Of a DNA stretch of 64,000 nt, positions 17,627 to 27,092 are shown piece by piece (position 1 is the first letter of the stretch; each line of letters starts with the position of its first letter). The translations under genes were made by a program, and so were the position numbers. The notes beneath the pieces were generated by a model that saw only the letters and a list, made by a program, of their open reading frames with translations, made no database searches and was not told the DNA's origin. The stretch spans positions 1,427,093 through 1,491,092 of the forward strand of contig OY781092.1 of assembly GCA_963676615.1 (NCBI GenBank). The letters run 5' to 3'. The stretch is from Candidatus Cloacimonadota bacterium (GTDB lineage Bacteria; Cloacimonadota; Cloacimonadia; G963667145).

Positions 17627-18991
17627 TCATTTCACGGTCATTTTTTTCGCCAAAAGTTTGGGAAGCAAAAAGAGCAAAAAGCTCGCTATCACCGCAAACG
17701 AAAAGAGCTCCGAGAGCGGAATCGAATACCAAAGCCACGGCAATCCATACAGTTCGCCCAAAATCCACATCGCTGGCAGCATCACCACAATCTGGCGGAT
17801 GAGCGACTCCACAAACGGCGGATAACCAACGCCAAAGCCCTGAAACGAGATGCTCCCGATGACACTCACACCAACCAGCGGAAAGCCCAAACTGGCTATC
17901 CGTAGCACCGTTTTGCCGATTTCCAGCAGTTCTCCCTTTGCGCCAAACATCGCCAAAAGTAGCCCAGGAAACGCAAAAAACAGCACAAATCCAACCAAAC
18001 AAAAACCCGTTCCCAAAACCAAGCCGTGCCGAATTGTGTTTTTTACTCGTGAAGTTTTTTGATGCCCAAAATTGTAGCCAACTATCGGCATCAGCCCTTG
18101 TCCAATGCCAATCACAGGCAACAAAATAAACAGATGCAGGCGAAAATAGATACCCAAAGCCGCAAGTGCGTCTAGCCCGAAATTGCCGACGATTTTGTTC
18201 GCTCCTGCCATCATCACACTGCCGAAAAGCTCAATCATTGCAATGGGTAGTCCGATTTTGAAAATCTCGAAAATCAGCCGATAGTCGAACGACAAATGAA
18301 AGCGCCTGATTGCGATTTGATTGTTGCCAAAAAGCAGAACCAGCAGCACAAACAAGCTGGAGGCGATTCTAGCCAAGACCGTCGCCCAAGCCGCTCCGAC
18401 CACGCCCATCGCCCCTATTCCCCATCCGCCAAAAATGAACCAAGGGTCTAGCACAATATTGAGCAAGCCGCCCAAAATCATCGTCACCATCGGCGCCACA
18501 GCGTTGCCCTCTGCGCGCAAAATCCCGCAAAGCACCATCGGCGCATACACCACAATCGAGCCCGCCAGCACTATCCGCAAATAGCTTTCTCCCGCAACCA
18601 AAAGTGCAGGGTCGTCGCTAAAAATCGCTATCAAATCTTTGCTAAAATAAGTTCCCACAAGAGCCGAAAGCACGCCAAAAACAACGATAACGCCCAAAAG
18701 GTGCTCCGCCGCTTGATTGGCTCGGTCGAGTTTTCCCGCTCCTAACAGACGAGAAATCAACGAGTTGCCGCCGACTTCTATCCCCACAGCAAGCGCAATT
18801 ATCACCAGCTGCACAGGAAAGCAAATCGTCAGCGCCGACAGAGCCACCGTCGAATAACGCGCCACAAACACACTGTCCACGACGCTATAAAGAGCCTGCA
18901 CCGACAAACCAATCACCGCAGGAATCGACAGCTTGACCAGCAAACTGAACTCTGGCGCAGTCCCCAACCGCTTCGTGCGTTCCTTTTGCAT
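17627..18991 (-). CDS. MATE-family multidrug/sodium efflux transporter (paralogue A)
   Basis: 454 aa, 12 TM-like hydrophobic segments. N-terminal RLGTAPEFSLL...SALYSVVDSVFVARYS is the MatE signature. Confidence 0.85.
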   Translation of the reverse strand: MQKERTKRLGTAPEFSLLVKLSIPAVIGLSVQALYSVVDSVFVARYSTVALSALTICFPVQLVIIALAVGIEVGGNSLISRLLGAGKLDRANQAAEHLLGVIVVFGVLSALVGTYFSKDLIAIFSDDPALLVAGESYLRIVLAGSIVVYAPMVLCGILRAEGNAVAPMVTMILGGLLNIVLDPWFIFGGWGIGAMGVVGAAWATVLARIASSLFVLLVLLFGNNQIAIRRFHLSFDYRLIFEIFKIGLPIAMIELFGSVMMAGANKIVGNFGLDALAALGIYFRLHLFILLPVIGIGQGLMPIVGYNFGHQKTSRVKNTIRHGLVLGTGFCLVGFVLFFAFPGLLLAMFGAKGELLEIGKTVLRIASLGFPLVGVSVIGSISFQGFGVGYPPFVESLIRQIVVMLPAMWILGELYGLPWLWYSIPLSELFSFAVIASFLLFLLPKLLAKKMTVK

Positions 18992-19023
18992 CTCTTCTCC
19001 TTACAAAAAAACAGCCGCTATTT

Positions 19024-20409
19024 TCAGGCGAGCGCCCGCAATTTTTTGGGAACGATCAAAATTAAACAGCACACCATAAAAACGAACGACAAGAATGTCG
19101 AAATCGGAATCGAATACCAGAGCATCTCCAGCCCGAATTTGTAGCTAAAAAACAGCATCAGCGGAAAAAGCACCAGCACCTGACGAATCAGCGTTGCCGC
19201 AAGCGACGGAAGCCCAAGTCCCATCGCCTGAAACACCATTCCCCCGAGCATCATTATCGCCACGAAAGGCATCCCATAGCTCGCCGCAGAAAACGCTCTA
19301 ACGCCTACTCGCATAAGCGTTTGTCCACCGCCAAACATCTCCAGCAGATAACTTGGGAAAAAATGCAGCCCAAAAAATCCCAGCAAGCAAATAAAAGTGC
19401 CCCAAAAAAACGAAATCTTTACAACTTTGATAATTCTTTTGGGATGTTTGTGTCCAAAATTGTAGCCCACAATCGGCATCAGCCCTTGTCCCAAGCCATA
19501 CACAGGCATCAGGATAAACGCCTGCAATCGATAAAAAATCCCCAAAACCGCCAGCGGCTCGGGTCCATAATAGCCCAAAATCTTGTTCGCTCCTGCCATC
19601 GTAATGCTGCCAAAAAGGTGCATCAGCGCAATCGGCGCGCCCACATAAAAAATGTCACGATAGATTTTCCAGTCGAAGCTAAAATAGCGAAGTTTCAGCG
19701 AAAGCTGATTTTTGCCGAAAAAGAAAATCCCCAAAATAAACAGCGAGTTGATGATGCGGGAAATGACCGTCGCCAAAGCCGCCCCTTTCACACCCATCTC
19801 TGGGAAAATCCCAATACCAAAAATCAAAAGCGGATCAAGGGCGATGTTCAAAAAAGCGCCGATAAACATCGTCAGCATTGGGATGAGCGTGTTGCCCTCC
19901 GCGCGCAAAACATTGTTTAGCACCATCGGCAAATAGACGAAAAACGAGCCAAAAAGAACGATGCGCAAATACTCCTGCGAGAGTTGCAAAAGCTGCGTAT
20001 CGGAGACGAAAAGCCGCAAAATGAAGCCAGAGCCGAAGCCGCCCAAAATCGTGGTGAGCAAGCCGAAAAAAAATATCAGCGAAAAAGTGTGCAACGCCTG
20101 ATTGTTCGCCATTTCGTTCTTTTTTTTGCCCAATGTGCGAGAAATCAGCGACGAGCTGCCAGAACCGATGCCGATGGCGACGACCATCACGATCATCTGA
20201 ATCGGAAAACACAAACTCAGCGCCGACAGCGCCAAATCCGAATAATGCCCCACGAAAATGCCGTCAACGATGTTGTAGGTCGCCTGCACCAGCATCCCCA
20301 TCATCGCCGGCACAGACATCTTCATCAGCAGGCTAAACTCGGGCGCCGTCCCTAGGCGAGCGGTTTTTTCACTTTGCAAGCCGCTCTCCTTTGTCCAAAT
20401 TGGCGACAA
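19024..20409 (-). CDS. MATE-family efflux transporter (paralogue B, tandem to A)
   Basis: 461 aa with the same RLGTAPEFSLL N-terminal motif. About half of positions are identical to the neighbouring MATE gene by eye. Confidence 0.85.
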   Translation of the reverse strand: MSPIWTKESGLQSEKTARLGTAPEFSLLMKMSVPAMMGMLVQATYNIVDGIFVGHYSDLALSALSLCFPIQMIVMVVAIGIGSGSSSLISRTLGKKKNEMANNQALHTFSLIFFFGLLTTILGGFGSGFILRLFVSDTQLLQLSQEYLRIVLFGSFFVYLPMVLNNVLRAEGNTLIPMLTMFIGAFLNIALDPLLIFGIGIFPEMGVKGAALATVISRIINSLFILGIFFFGKNQLSLKLRYFSFDWKIYRDIFYVGAPIALMHLFGSITMAGANKILGYYGPEPLAVLGIFYRLQAFILMPVYGLGQGLMPIVGYNFGHKHPKRIIKVVKISFFWGTFICLLGFFGLHFFPSYLLEMFGGGQTLMRVGVRAFSAASYGMPFVAIMMLGGMVFQAMGLGLPSLAATLIRQVLVLFPLMLFFSYKFGLEMLWYSIPISTFLSFVFMVCCLILIVPKKLRALA

Positions 20410-20809
20410 TCCGCGCCAAAAAATCGAACAACTCCTCCCGCTCTTTTTCGCTAAAGCCCTCTAGCGCCTTGTTTTGCGAAGCTTCCAGCAAGTCGTCCAA
20501 AACGACCGCAAACTTTTTCGCCTTTTCCGTCGGCAAAAGCACGCTTTTTCGCTTATCGCTAGGGTCTTTTTTTTTCTGCAGATAGCCACTCTCACACAAT
20601 TTGCTCACCGCTCGGCTCACAGCCGCCTTGTCTATCAAGCGGTTACGGCAAAGTTCCTTGTGGCACTGCACCTGCTTACTCAACAAATATTTCAACAAAA
20701 AAAGCTGTCCGTGCCAAAGCCCATACGGCTTCAAAATCTCGTCCAAAAACTTCGCCTGCGCCCGATGAGCTCTGCCCAAACATTTGCCTAAATTTTTTTC
20801 ATTTTCCAT
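20369..20809 (-). CDS. MarR-family transcriptional regulator (first gene of the marR-MATE-MATE operon)
   Basis: 146 aa. The wHTH segment LFLLKYLLSKQVQCHKELCRNRLIDKAAVSRAVSKLCESGYLQKKKDPSDKRKSVLLPTEKAK is a typical MarR recognition helix plus wing. Confidence 0.85.
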   Translation of the reverse strand: MENEKNLGKCLGRAHRAQAKFLDEILKPYGLWHGQLFLLKYLLSKQVQCHKELCRNRLIDKAAVSRAVSKLCESGYLQKKKDPSDKRKSVLLPTEKAKKFAVVLDDLLEASQNKALEGFSEKEREELFDFLARIVANLDKGERLAK

Positions 20810-20834
20810 AAGGCAAACTTATTTTTAAACTTGA

Positions 20835-20846
20835 TTGACTTGTCAA
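20835..20846. promoter_or_regulatory. Palindromic candidate MarR operator overlapping a -35-like hexamer
   Basis: TTGAC-tt-GTCAA inverted repeat, 26 bp upstream of the marR start. On the minus strand it reads TTGACAAGTCAA. Confidence 0.4.
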
Positions 20847-20869
20847 CAATGTTTTTTTTAAAAACAATC

Positions 20870-21592
20870 TTAATCGCGCTTATCCTTGATGTGCACGCCT
20901 TTGCCTTCCACATTTTTCAACTTGAAAAGTTCCGAAACTCGCACCAAATCGCTAAGTTTTTTGTAACCATAGTTGATCGGCGAAAACGAAGAGTTGTTGG
21001 AAATATACTGTCCCACTGTGGCTAAATTCGCCCAGCCGTCGTCGTCACAAATCTGCTCCACCCCCGTCCGCAGCAGCCTCACCAGCTTCGTGTCCGACCT
21101 AAGTTGCTCTCTTGTATGCTTGTTAGGCGATTTGTCCTCCTGCTTTGTCTCCTCGCCGTCCTCGAGATTTTCAGTGTAAATAAACAGCGAGCAAGCGTTC
21201 ACAAAAGGCTCGGGTGTTTTTTTTTCGCCAAAACCATAAACTGTGCAACCATCCGACAAAAGCCGCATCACCAAAGGCGTGAAGTCACTATCGCTGGTCA
21301 TCAGCGCAAAACCGTCAACCCCTTTGGAATACAAAATATCCATCGCATCGATAATCATCGCCGCGTCCGTCGCATTCTTCCCTCTGGTATAATCGAACTG
21401 CTGCACCGGCATAATCGCCTGCGCGTGCAGCTGCTCTTCCCAGCTTTTCAACCGAGACGACTTCCAGTTGCCATACGCTCGCCGAATGTTCGTCACGCCA
21501 TATTTCGCCAGCTCTTTCAGCACTCCATCAATCGATTTCGCACTCGCATTATCACAATCGATAAGCAGCGCTATATTTTTTTTGTTTTGCAT
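20870..21592 (-). CDS. NYN-domain (LabA/PIN-like) protein with C-terminal OST-HTH/LOTUS domain
   Basis: NIALLIDCDNAS...GNWK...TSDSDFTPLVMRL is the NYN/DUF88 signature. The C-terminal DTKLVRLLRTGVEQICDDDGWANLATVGQYISN resembles the OST-HTH RNA-binding domain. Confidence 0.65.
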   Translation of the reverse strand: MQNKKNIALLIDCDNASAKSIDGVLKELAKYGVTNIRRAYGNWKSSRLKSWEEQLHAQAIMPVQQFDYTRGKNATDAAMIIDAMDILYSKGVDGFALMTSDSDFTPLVMRLLSDGCTVYGFGEKKTPEPFVNACSLFIYTENLEDGEETKQEDKSPNKHTREQLRSDTKLVRLLRTGVEQICDDDGWANLATVGQYISNNSSFSPINYGYKKLSDLVRVSELFKLKNVEGKGVHIKDKRD

Positions 21593-21613
21593 TTTTTTCT
21601 ACTCCTTAAAAAT

Positions 21614-22648
21614 TCAAACTCGTTCTAAAATGTTCAACTCTTCCCCAGCGGCAAACGCCAGCACCGTCTGCACGATGATATTCGGCAAATTTTGCCAGCT
21701 CGCCTCTTGTGTGAGGGATCCGCTGTGCAAGCCAAAAATCACATTCTCCATCTGCAAAAGCGGATGCTTTTCGGGCAACGGCTCCACAACCTCCAAACCA
21801 GCGCCAGCTATCTGCTTTGCGGCAAGCGCCGCAGTCAGCGCCTGCAGATTGACAATTCCAGCTCTTGCCGTGTTGATCAAAAAAGCCGACTTTTTCATCA
21901 TCGCCAGCTCATTCTTCCCCAGCAAATCCCGAGTCTTAGGCGTCAGCGGCGTATTTATGGCAACAAAATCGCTCTCCCTCAATAGCTCTTGCAAACCGAC
22001 AGCCCTCGCAAAATCTGCCGTTTCGAGGTTTCGACTGTAAACCAGCACCTTCATCCCCAGAGCGTCCGCTTTCTTCGCCAGCGCTTTGCCGATATTGCCA
22101 AAACCTATCGTCCCCAAAGTTTTTCCCGCAATCTCGCCTCCAAAAAACGGCAACATCGCAGAATCAAAAGGGTCGCAATCTGGCTTTTGCGGATTTTTCC
22201 GAAATTTTTTGTCCAAAACTGGCAACTTCCGAACCAGCGAAAAAATCAGCGCCAAGTTCAACTCCGCCACAGAGTTCGTGGAAAAATCGGGCGTGTTCGC
22301 CACCAAAACGCCAAACTTCTGCGCCGCCGACAAATCGACCTTGTCGTAGCCCGTCGAGTTAATTACCACCAAATCCAAATGCGCGCACCTTGCAAAAAAC
22401 TCCTTGTCCAAACTCAGCTCAAAGCTATCTACCACCGCAATATTCGCTCCCGCAAGGCGCGAAACCGCTTGCTCCAAACTTTTCGTCTGCAAAAAAACCT
22501 GCACTTTTGCAACCGCCCGCAACTGCTCCAAATGCTCTTCCCGCAAAAAAGTCTCGTGCAAAACGACAATTTTGTTCAAATTACGCAAAATATTCTCTCC
22601 AATCGCTCGGAAAACCCATTTTTTCCAAAAATTCTTCACCTTCCACAA
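21614..22648 (-). CDS. D-isomer-specific 2-hydroxyacid dehydrogenase family (glycerate / phosphoglycerate dehydrogenase-like)
   Basis: GTIGFGNIGKALAKKADALGMKVLVY is the Rossmann GxGxxG motif, and the catalytic-domain layout fits the family. The true start is probably the TTG at 22579 (giving MNKIVVLHETF..), 1 nt after the stop of the upstream Abi gene, rather than the 68-nt overlapping ATG at 22648. Confidence 0.8.
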   Translation of the reverse strand: MWKVKNFWKKWVFRAIGENILRNLNKIVVLHETFLREEHLEQLRAVAKVQVFLQTKSLEQAVSRLAGANIAVVDSFELSLDKEFFARCAHLDLVVINSTGYDKVDLSAAQKFGVLVANTPDFSTNSVAELNLALIFSLVRKLPVLDKKFRKNPQKPDCDPFDSAMLPFFGGEIAGKTLGTIGFGNIGKALAKKADALGMKVLVYSRNLETADFARAVGLQELLRESDFVAINTPLTPKTRDLLGKNELAMMKKSAFLINTARAGIVNLQALTAALAAKQIAGAGLEVVEPLPEKHPLLQMENVIFGLHSGSLTQEASWQNLPNIIVQTVLAFAAGEELNILERV

Positions 22649-23468
22649 GCATTTTTTTCATTTTGTCCGACCAATCAGACGAAAAATCGATTTTATCAAC
22701 AATCATTTTCATCAGCAAAATCGTCAAAAAAATCTTGTCGTTCCGAAACCCACTATCTCGCCAATCTTTACAATTCTTCGGAATTTTAGGTCTTATCGCC
22801 AGCTTCCTGTTCCACAATCGCGAGTGATGTGCGCAAAGATTACGCACATAGCAGAAATTTTTCATCCAAGAAGTCAACACCAAATGATGAACACCAAAAG
22901 AAGAAGCAATCTCCCTTTTTAAAGAATTGTCTAGCCCTTCAAAAAAAAGGCTTATCGAACCAAAAGAAAAAAGCTCCACAGCCATCCAAATCGGCAAAAT
23001 TTTATGAAAACGCCCATACTTTTCAAAAAAATGCGTAACAAAAACCTCTTTGCTTCGGTCAGTTTCCCTTTTTACCCTCAAAAAGAAGCTTTTGAACTCT
23101 TTTTTCGTCATTTTGGGGAAATTTTCTTCGTTTTCATACTCAAAACAACCAAATTTATGCGAAAAACAGTAGGCAACCGTCGTTTTAAAATAGACTTCTA
23201 TTTTTTTTAGCCCCTCGAACAATAAAAATCTCAAACTCTTATCAAACTCATAAATCTTTAAAATTTGAGCTAAATTTGTATTTTTTTTGAAAAAATTCGA
23301 CTCTTTTTCCCGAAAAAGACAAAGATATCCGCTCAATCGGTAATAATTTATAGATTTTAGCACAATAATAAGCTTTTTTCGATCAGACTGCAAACCCCTT
23401 GCCAAAAGCAAGTCAGCCTGCTGGTCAAAAGTTAAAGGAATTTTGGAATATTTCACGCAAGTTTTCAT
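22581..23468 (-). CDS. Abi_2-family abortive infection protein (AbiD/AbiF/AbiJ-like)
   Basis: 295 aa. The N-terminal LTFDQQADLLLARGLQSD....LKSINYYRLSGY motif is the hallmark of Pfam Abi_2. The gene is markedly more AT-rich than its flanks. Confidence 0.7.
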   Translation of the reverse strand: MKTCVKYSKIPLTFDQQADLLLARGLQSDRKKLIIVLKSINYYRLSGYLCLFREKESNFFKKNTNLAQILKIYEFDKSLRFLLFEGLKKIEVYFKTTVAYCFSHKFGCFEYENEENFPKMTKKEFKSFFLRVKRETDRSKEVFVTHFFEKYGRFHKILPIWMAVELFSFGSISLFFEGLDNSLKREIASSFGVHHLVLTSWMKNFCYVRNLCAHHSRLWNRKLAIRPKIPKNCKDWRDSGFRNDKIFLTILLMKMIVDKIDFSSDWSDKMKKMLVEGEEFLEKMGFPSDWREYFA

Positions 23469-23469
23469 A

Positions 23470-23515
23470 AAAATAAAACCCTTCGAGTGAGCTTACATTC
23501 AGAGGCCCGAAGGGT
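23470..23515 (-). terminator. rho-independent terminator of rnhB, abutting the Abi start codon
   Basis: On the minus strand, acccttcg (23508-23515) pairs with cgaagggt (23478-23485), followed by TTTTATTTTT (complement of 23470-23477). The Abi ATG follows immediately at 23468. Confidence 0.55.
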
Positions 23516-23560
23516 ATGTTAAATCCAATGTTGCAAGTTTGGCATTTCTGTCAAGGATTT

Positions 23561-24148
23561 TCAGCATCTTTCCAGCACCTTTTTCACGGGCGCATAGCTT
23601 CTTCGATGTATCGGGCACGCCCCAAACTTCGCCAGCGCTTCCAGATGCGCTTTTGTCGGATAACCCTTGTGCTTCTCAAAGCCAAATCTCGGGTATTCTT
23701 TGGCAAAATCGAGCATAATGCGATCACGAGTGACTTTTGCCAAAATCGACGCCGCAGAGATGCATTTATGCAGTCTGTCACCACCGACCACAGCTTTGGC
23801 TATCTGCGTCAAATCGTCGGGAACTTTATTGCCGTCGATCAGCACAAACTCCGCCTTTGAAGACAGCTGCCGCACCGCCTTGCTCATCCCCCGCAGAGTC
23901 GCCTGCAAGATGTTAATTTCGTCGATCTCCTGCGCACTGACCTCCACAATCGCATATCCCACAGCTTTTTCCACAATTTCGTCGTAAAGCTGCTCCCGCT
24001 TTTTCGGCGAAAGTTTTTTGGAATCGTCCAAACCAGCGATAGGTTTTTGCTTATCCAAAATCACGGCAGCCACCACTACAGGTCCAGCCAGCGGTCCTCT
24101 GCCTGCTTCATCAACGCCAGCGGTCACAAACTCTCGAAAACAGTTCAT
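23561..24148 (-). CDS. rnhB: ribonuclease HII
   Basis: AGVDEAGRGPLAGPVV and DDSKKLS motifs. I placed the start at the ATG at 24148 (MNCFREF..), 4 nt after the hydG stop. The track ORF extends 28 codons further into hydG. Confidence 0.85.
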   Translation of the reverse strand: MNCFREFVTAGVDEAGRGPLAGPVVVAAVILDKQKPIAGLDDSKKLSPKKREQLYDEIVEKAVGYAIVEVSAQEIDEINILQATLRGMSKAVRQLSSKAEFVLIDGNKVPDDLTQIAKAVVGGDRLHKCISAASILAKVTRDRIMLDFAKEYPRFGFEKHKGYPTKAHLEALAKFGACPIHRRSYAPVKKVLERC

Positions 24149-24152
24149 TTTC

Positions 24153-25766
24153 CTAGAGATACAAGTCCCTTTCGCCCTGCACAGTTTTTTCGTAGTCGCG
24201 ATAAAAAATCTCCAGCAGTTTGTGCTCAGCAAAAAACGGAATTTTCTCGATTTCCGCCAGCTCTGCGGCGATCACTTTTTCGCCAGCCTGCACTGTCTCG
24301 GGGCTTGCGTAATCGTTGAGGAACTCCCGAAAAGTCAGCACAGCGTTCAGCTTGCAAAATTTTCCCTCGGTGCAACTGCGGAGCAATCCCATAATCTTGT
24401 CGCCCGTCCGCCCGCAACGATAGCCAGCGGTGCAAAACGAGCTGATGTAGCCAAGCCGCGCAAACTCTCCAACCATATGGTCTAGCGACGATTCGTCCTT
24501 CAGCTTGAACTGCACTTTCTCGGGGTTATCGTCCTGCAACTGCTGAGCGCTGTAGGCTCCAACGCCGATTTTCGTCGAAGCGTCGGTCTGCGTGCAACCG
24601 ATTTCCATCATCTCTTTGCGAATCTCCTGCGTCTCCCTGGCGGTAATAATCATCCCCGTATAAGGCACAGAAAGGCGAAGAATCGCCACGATTTTCTTGA
24701 AGTCGGCATCACTCACCAAATATTTGGAATTTTTACTCGCATCTGCGCCCATGGCTTCTTGCATCCGTGGAAAAGAAATCGTATGCGGACCAATGCCCGT
24801 CTGCCGTTCCAAATCGATCGCGTGATACAAAAGCCCCATCACCTCAAATCGCCAATCGTAAAGCCCAAACAAAGCGCCAATCGCCATATCGTCGATTCCT
24901 GCGTCCATTGCCCTGTGCATCGCATACAACCGCCAGCGATAATTGCCCTTAATCGTCCCCGCTGGGTGCATTTTCGCATAAGTCGGCTTGTGATATGTCT
25001 CCTGAAAAACCTGATAAGTGCCGATTCCCGCAGCCTTTATCTTCTTCAAATCCGCACTACACATCGGCGCCGCGTTAATATTCACTCGCCGAATATTGTT
25101 GTAGCCCTTGCCCTTTGGCGTCTTCCGTTTAACGCTGTAAACCGCCTTGACCACTTTTTCCATATAATCCGCATCCGACTGCGGATGCTCGCCAAAAACC
25201 AAAATCAGCCGCTTGTGCCCCTCGTCAACCACCGCCGCCGTCTCCTGCTTCACCTCATCCATCGTCAAAATTTTTCGCACTTCCTGCGCGTTCTCCGAGC
25301 GAAAACCGCAATACGCACAATTGTTCACACACAAATTCGCCGCATACAGCGGAGCAAAAAACACAATCCGATTATCGTAAACCTTCCGCTTGATCTCGCC
25401 AGCCGCCGCATAGACCTCCTGCCAAAGCGCCTCGTCCTTGAGGTTGATGAGCTTCGCCGTCTCTTGCGGAGAAAGCGTCTGAATCGACAGCGCCTTTTTG
25501 ATAATCGCCCGAATCTCCGCAGCGCTCGGATTTGCCGCCTGCTCAATCTCCTGCCAAATCTTCGCCTCGTCGATAAAATCTTCGCCGTCCACCAAAAACT
25601 TATCGATTTCCTCCTGCTTAATCACCTGATCACACCACTCTTTCACGCTCATAAAAGTCACCTCCTTATCAGCAAAACTTCCGTCTTCGCCATTTTCGTC
25701 CTTATTAACTTTTGCGAAATTCCAACCAGCCAAACAGCTGTCAACCGATTTTTCGTTTAGCAACAA
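24153..25766 (-). CDS. hydG: [FeFe]-hydrogenase maturase HydG (radical SAM, ThiH-like tyrosine lyase)
   Basis: CVNNCAYCGF radical-SAM motif, a ThiH-like core, and a C-terminal Cys-rich auxiliary-cluster region (FCTAGYRCGRTG...SCTEGKFC). The N-terminus may begin at an internal Met (MSVKEW..). Confidence 0.8.
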   Translation of the reverse strand: MLLNEKSVDSCLAGWNFAKVNKDENGEDGSFADKEVTFMSVKEWCDQVIKQEEIDKFLVDGEDFIDEAKIWQEIEQAANPSAAEIRAIIKKALSIQTLSPQETAKLINLKDEALWQEVYAAAGEIKRKVYDNRIVFFAPLYAANLCVNNCAYCGFRSENAQEVRKILTMDEVKQETAAVVDEGHKRLILVFGEHPQSDADYMEKVVKAVYSVKRKTPKGKGYNNIRRVNINAAPMCSADLKKIKAAGIGTYQVFQETYHKPTYAKMHPAGTIKGNYRWRLYAMHRAMDAGIDDMAIGALFGLYDWRFEVMGLLYHAIDLERQTGIGPHTISFPRMQEAMGADASKNSKYLVSDADFKKIVAILRLSVPYTGMIITARETQEIRKEMMEIGCTQTDASTKIGVGAYSAQQLQDDNPEKVQFKLKDESSLDHMVGEFARLGYISSFCTAGYRCGRTGDKIMGLLRSCTEGKFCKLNAVLTFREFLNDYASPETVQAGEKVIAAELAEIEKIPFFAEHKLLEIFYRDYEKTVQGERDLYL

Positions 25767-25827
25767 AAGATAAATTTAACCAAAACCACTGCCACTTTCA
25801 AAAAACTTTAGCGAACTTTCGTTTCCC

Positions 25828-27090
25828 TCAAAAATATCGCCACATTATGTAGATGTGCGAAACGCCCAAAAGCAGTGCCGTGATTGGCACGCCGTATTTC
25901 AGAAATCCGACAAAGCCGATTTTGTTGCCCGTTTTGCTTGCCATATTCGCCACAATCACATTTGCCGAAGCTCCGATTAGCGAGCCGTTTCCGCCAAGGC
26001 AAGAGCCCAAAGACAGCGCCCACCAAAGCCCGCTGGATGCGCCCGAAGCCAAATCTGCCTGCACATCTTGCAGCATCGGAATCATCGTCGCTACAAAAGG
26101 AATATTGTCCACCACAGCCGAAGCAACGCCAGAAAACCACAGCAAAACTTGAGCAGTAATGTGCACATTTCCGTGCGTAAACTCCAACATATCTTTACTC
26201 ACCAGCGCTATGGCGCCAACCTCCACAAGCCCGCCAACCATAATAAACAGCCCTGCAAAAAAGAAAATGTTCGACCATTCCACCCGCCGAAAAACTCGAT
26301 CCACATCAATTTTGCAAATAATCATCAAAATCGACGCCCCCGCCATAGCGATTGTCGCCGCTTCCAGACAAACAAACCCCTGAATCGCAAAGCCCAAAAT
26401 CACCAAGCCCAAAACGACCAGCGACTTGACCAGCAAGCGTTTATCCTTGATCGACTGCCGCTCGTCGAAAGCCATAATGCGCGCCTTGTCCTCGTTGCTC
26501 ACCTGCATTTTTTTGCCAAAAAGAAAATAGAACAGCACCGAAATCAGCACCAACTGAAAAGCCACTAGCGGCGCGACATTCAGCACAAAATCCATAAAAG
26601 TCAGCCCAGCGGCGCTTCCGATCATAATATTTGGCGGATCTCCAATAAGCGTCGCCGTTCCGCCGATGTTGGAGGCGAAAATCTGCGAAAGCAAAAACGG
26701 CAGCGGCGAAATTCGCAGCTCCTCGGCGATTAACACCGAAACAGGCGCAATCAAAAGCACCGTGGTGATGTTATCCAGCAAAGCCGAAAACACCGCCGTT
26801 ATCAAAAAAAGCGTCACCAAAATCTTTATCGGCGAGCCACCCACGAGCTTCGCCAGCTTAATCGCCACAAACTCAAAAACGCCCGTCTGCTCAACAACGC
26901 TCACCAGCACCATCATACTAATCAAAAGCGCAATCACATTAAAATCGATGTGATGCATCGCCGCCTCTTGCGGCAAAATATGAAAAACCAGCATACAAGA
27001 TGCGCCCAACAAAGCCACCAGCGTCTTATTTATCTTCTCCCAAGCGATCAACAAATAAGCGGCAACAAAAATTGAAACAGCCAAAACCAT
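25828..27090 (-). CDS. ArsB/NhaD-superfamily anion/ion permease
   Basis: 420 aa, polytopic, with the signature IGGTATLIGDPPNIMI. Confidence 0.75.
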   Translation of the reverse strand: MVLAVSIFVAAYLLIAWEKINKTLVALLGASCMLVFHILPQEAAMHHIDFNVIALLISMMVLVSVVEQTGVFEFVAIKLAKLVGGSPIKILVTLFLITAVFSALLDNITTVLLIAPVSVLIAEELRISPLPFLLSQIFASNIGGTATLIGDPPNIMIGSAAGLTFMDFVLNVAPLVAFQLVLISVLFYFLFGKKMQVSNEDKARIMAFDERQSIKDKRLLVKSLVVLGLVILGFAIQGFVCLEAATIAMAGASILMIICKIDVDRVFRRVEWSNIFFFAGLFIMVGGLVEVGAIALVSKDMLEFTHGNVHITAQVLLWFSGVASAVVDNIPFVATMIPMLQDVQADLASGASSGLWWALSLGSCLGGNGSLIGASANVIVANMASKTGNKIGFVGFLKYGVPITALLLGVSHIYIMWRYF

Positions 27091-27092
27091 TT

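Noticed and set aside
21989-22922. 266-aa and 172-aa plus-strand ORFs
   Set aside because: Antisense to the dehydrogenase and Abi genes. No RBS, and low-complexity translations.
24759-25760. 333-aa plus-strand ORF
   Set aside because: Antisense to hydG. It is an R/L/H-rich nonsense translation, while the hydG frame carries clear radical-SAM motifs.
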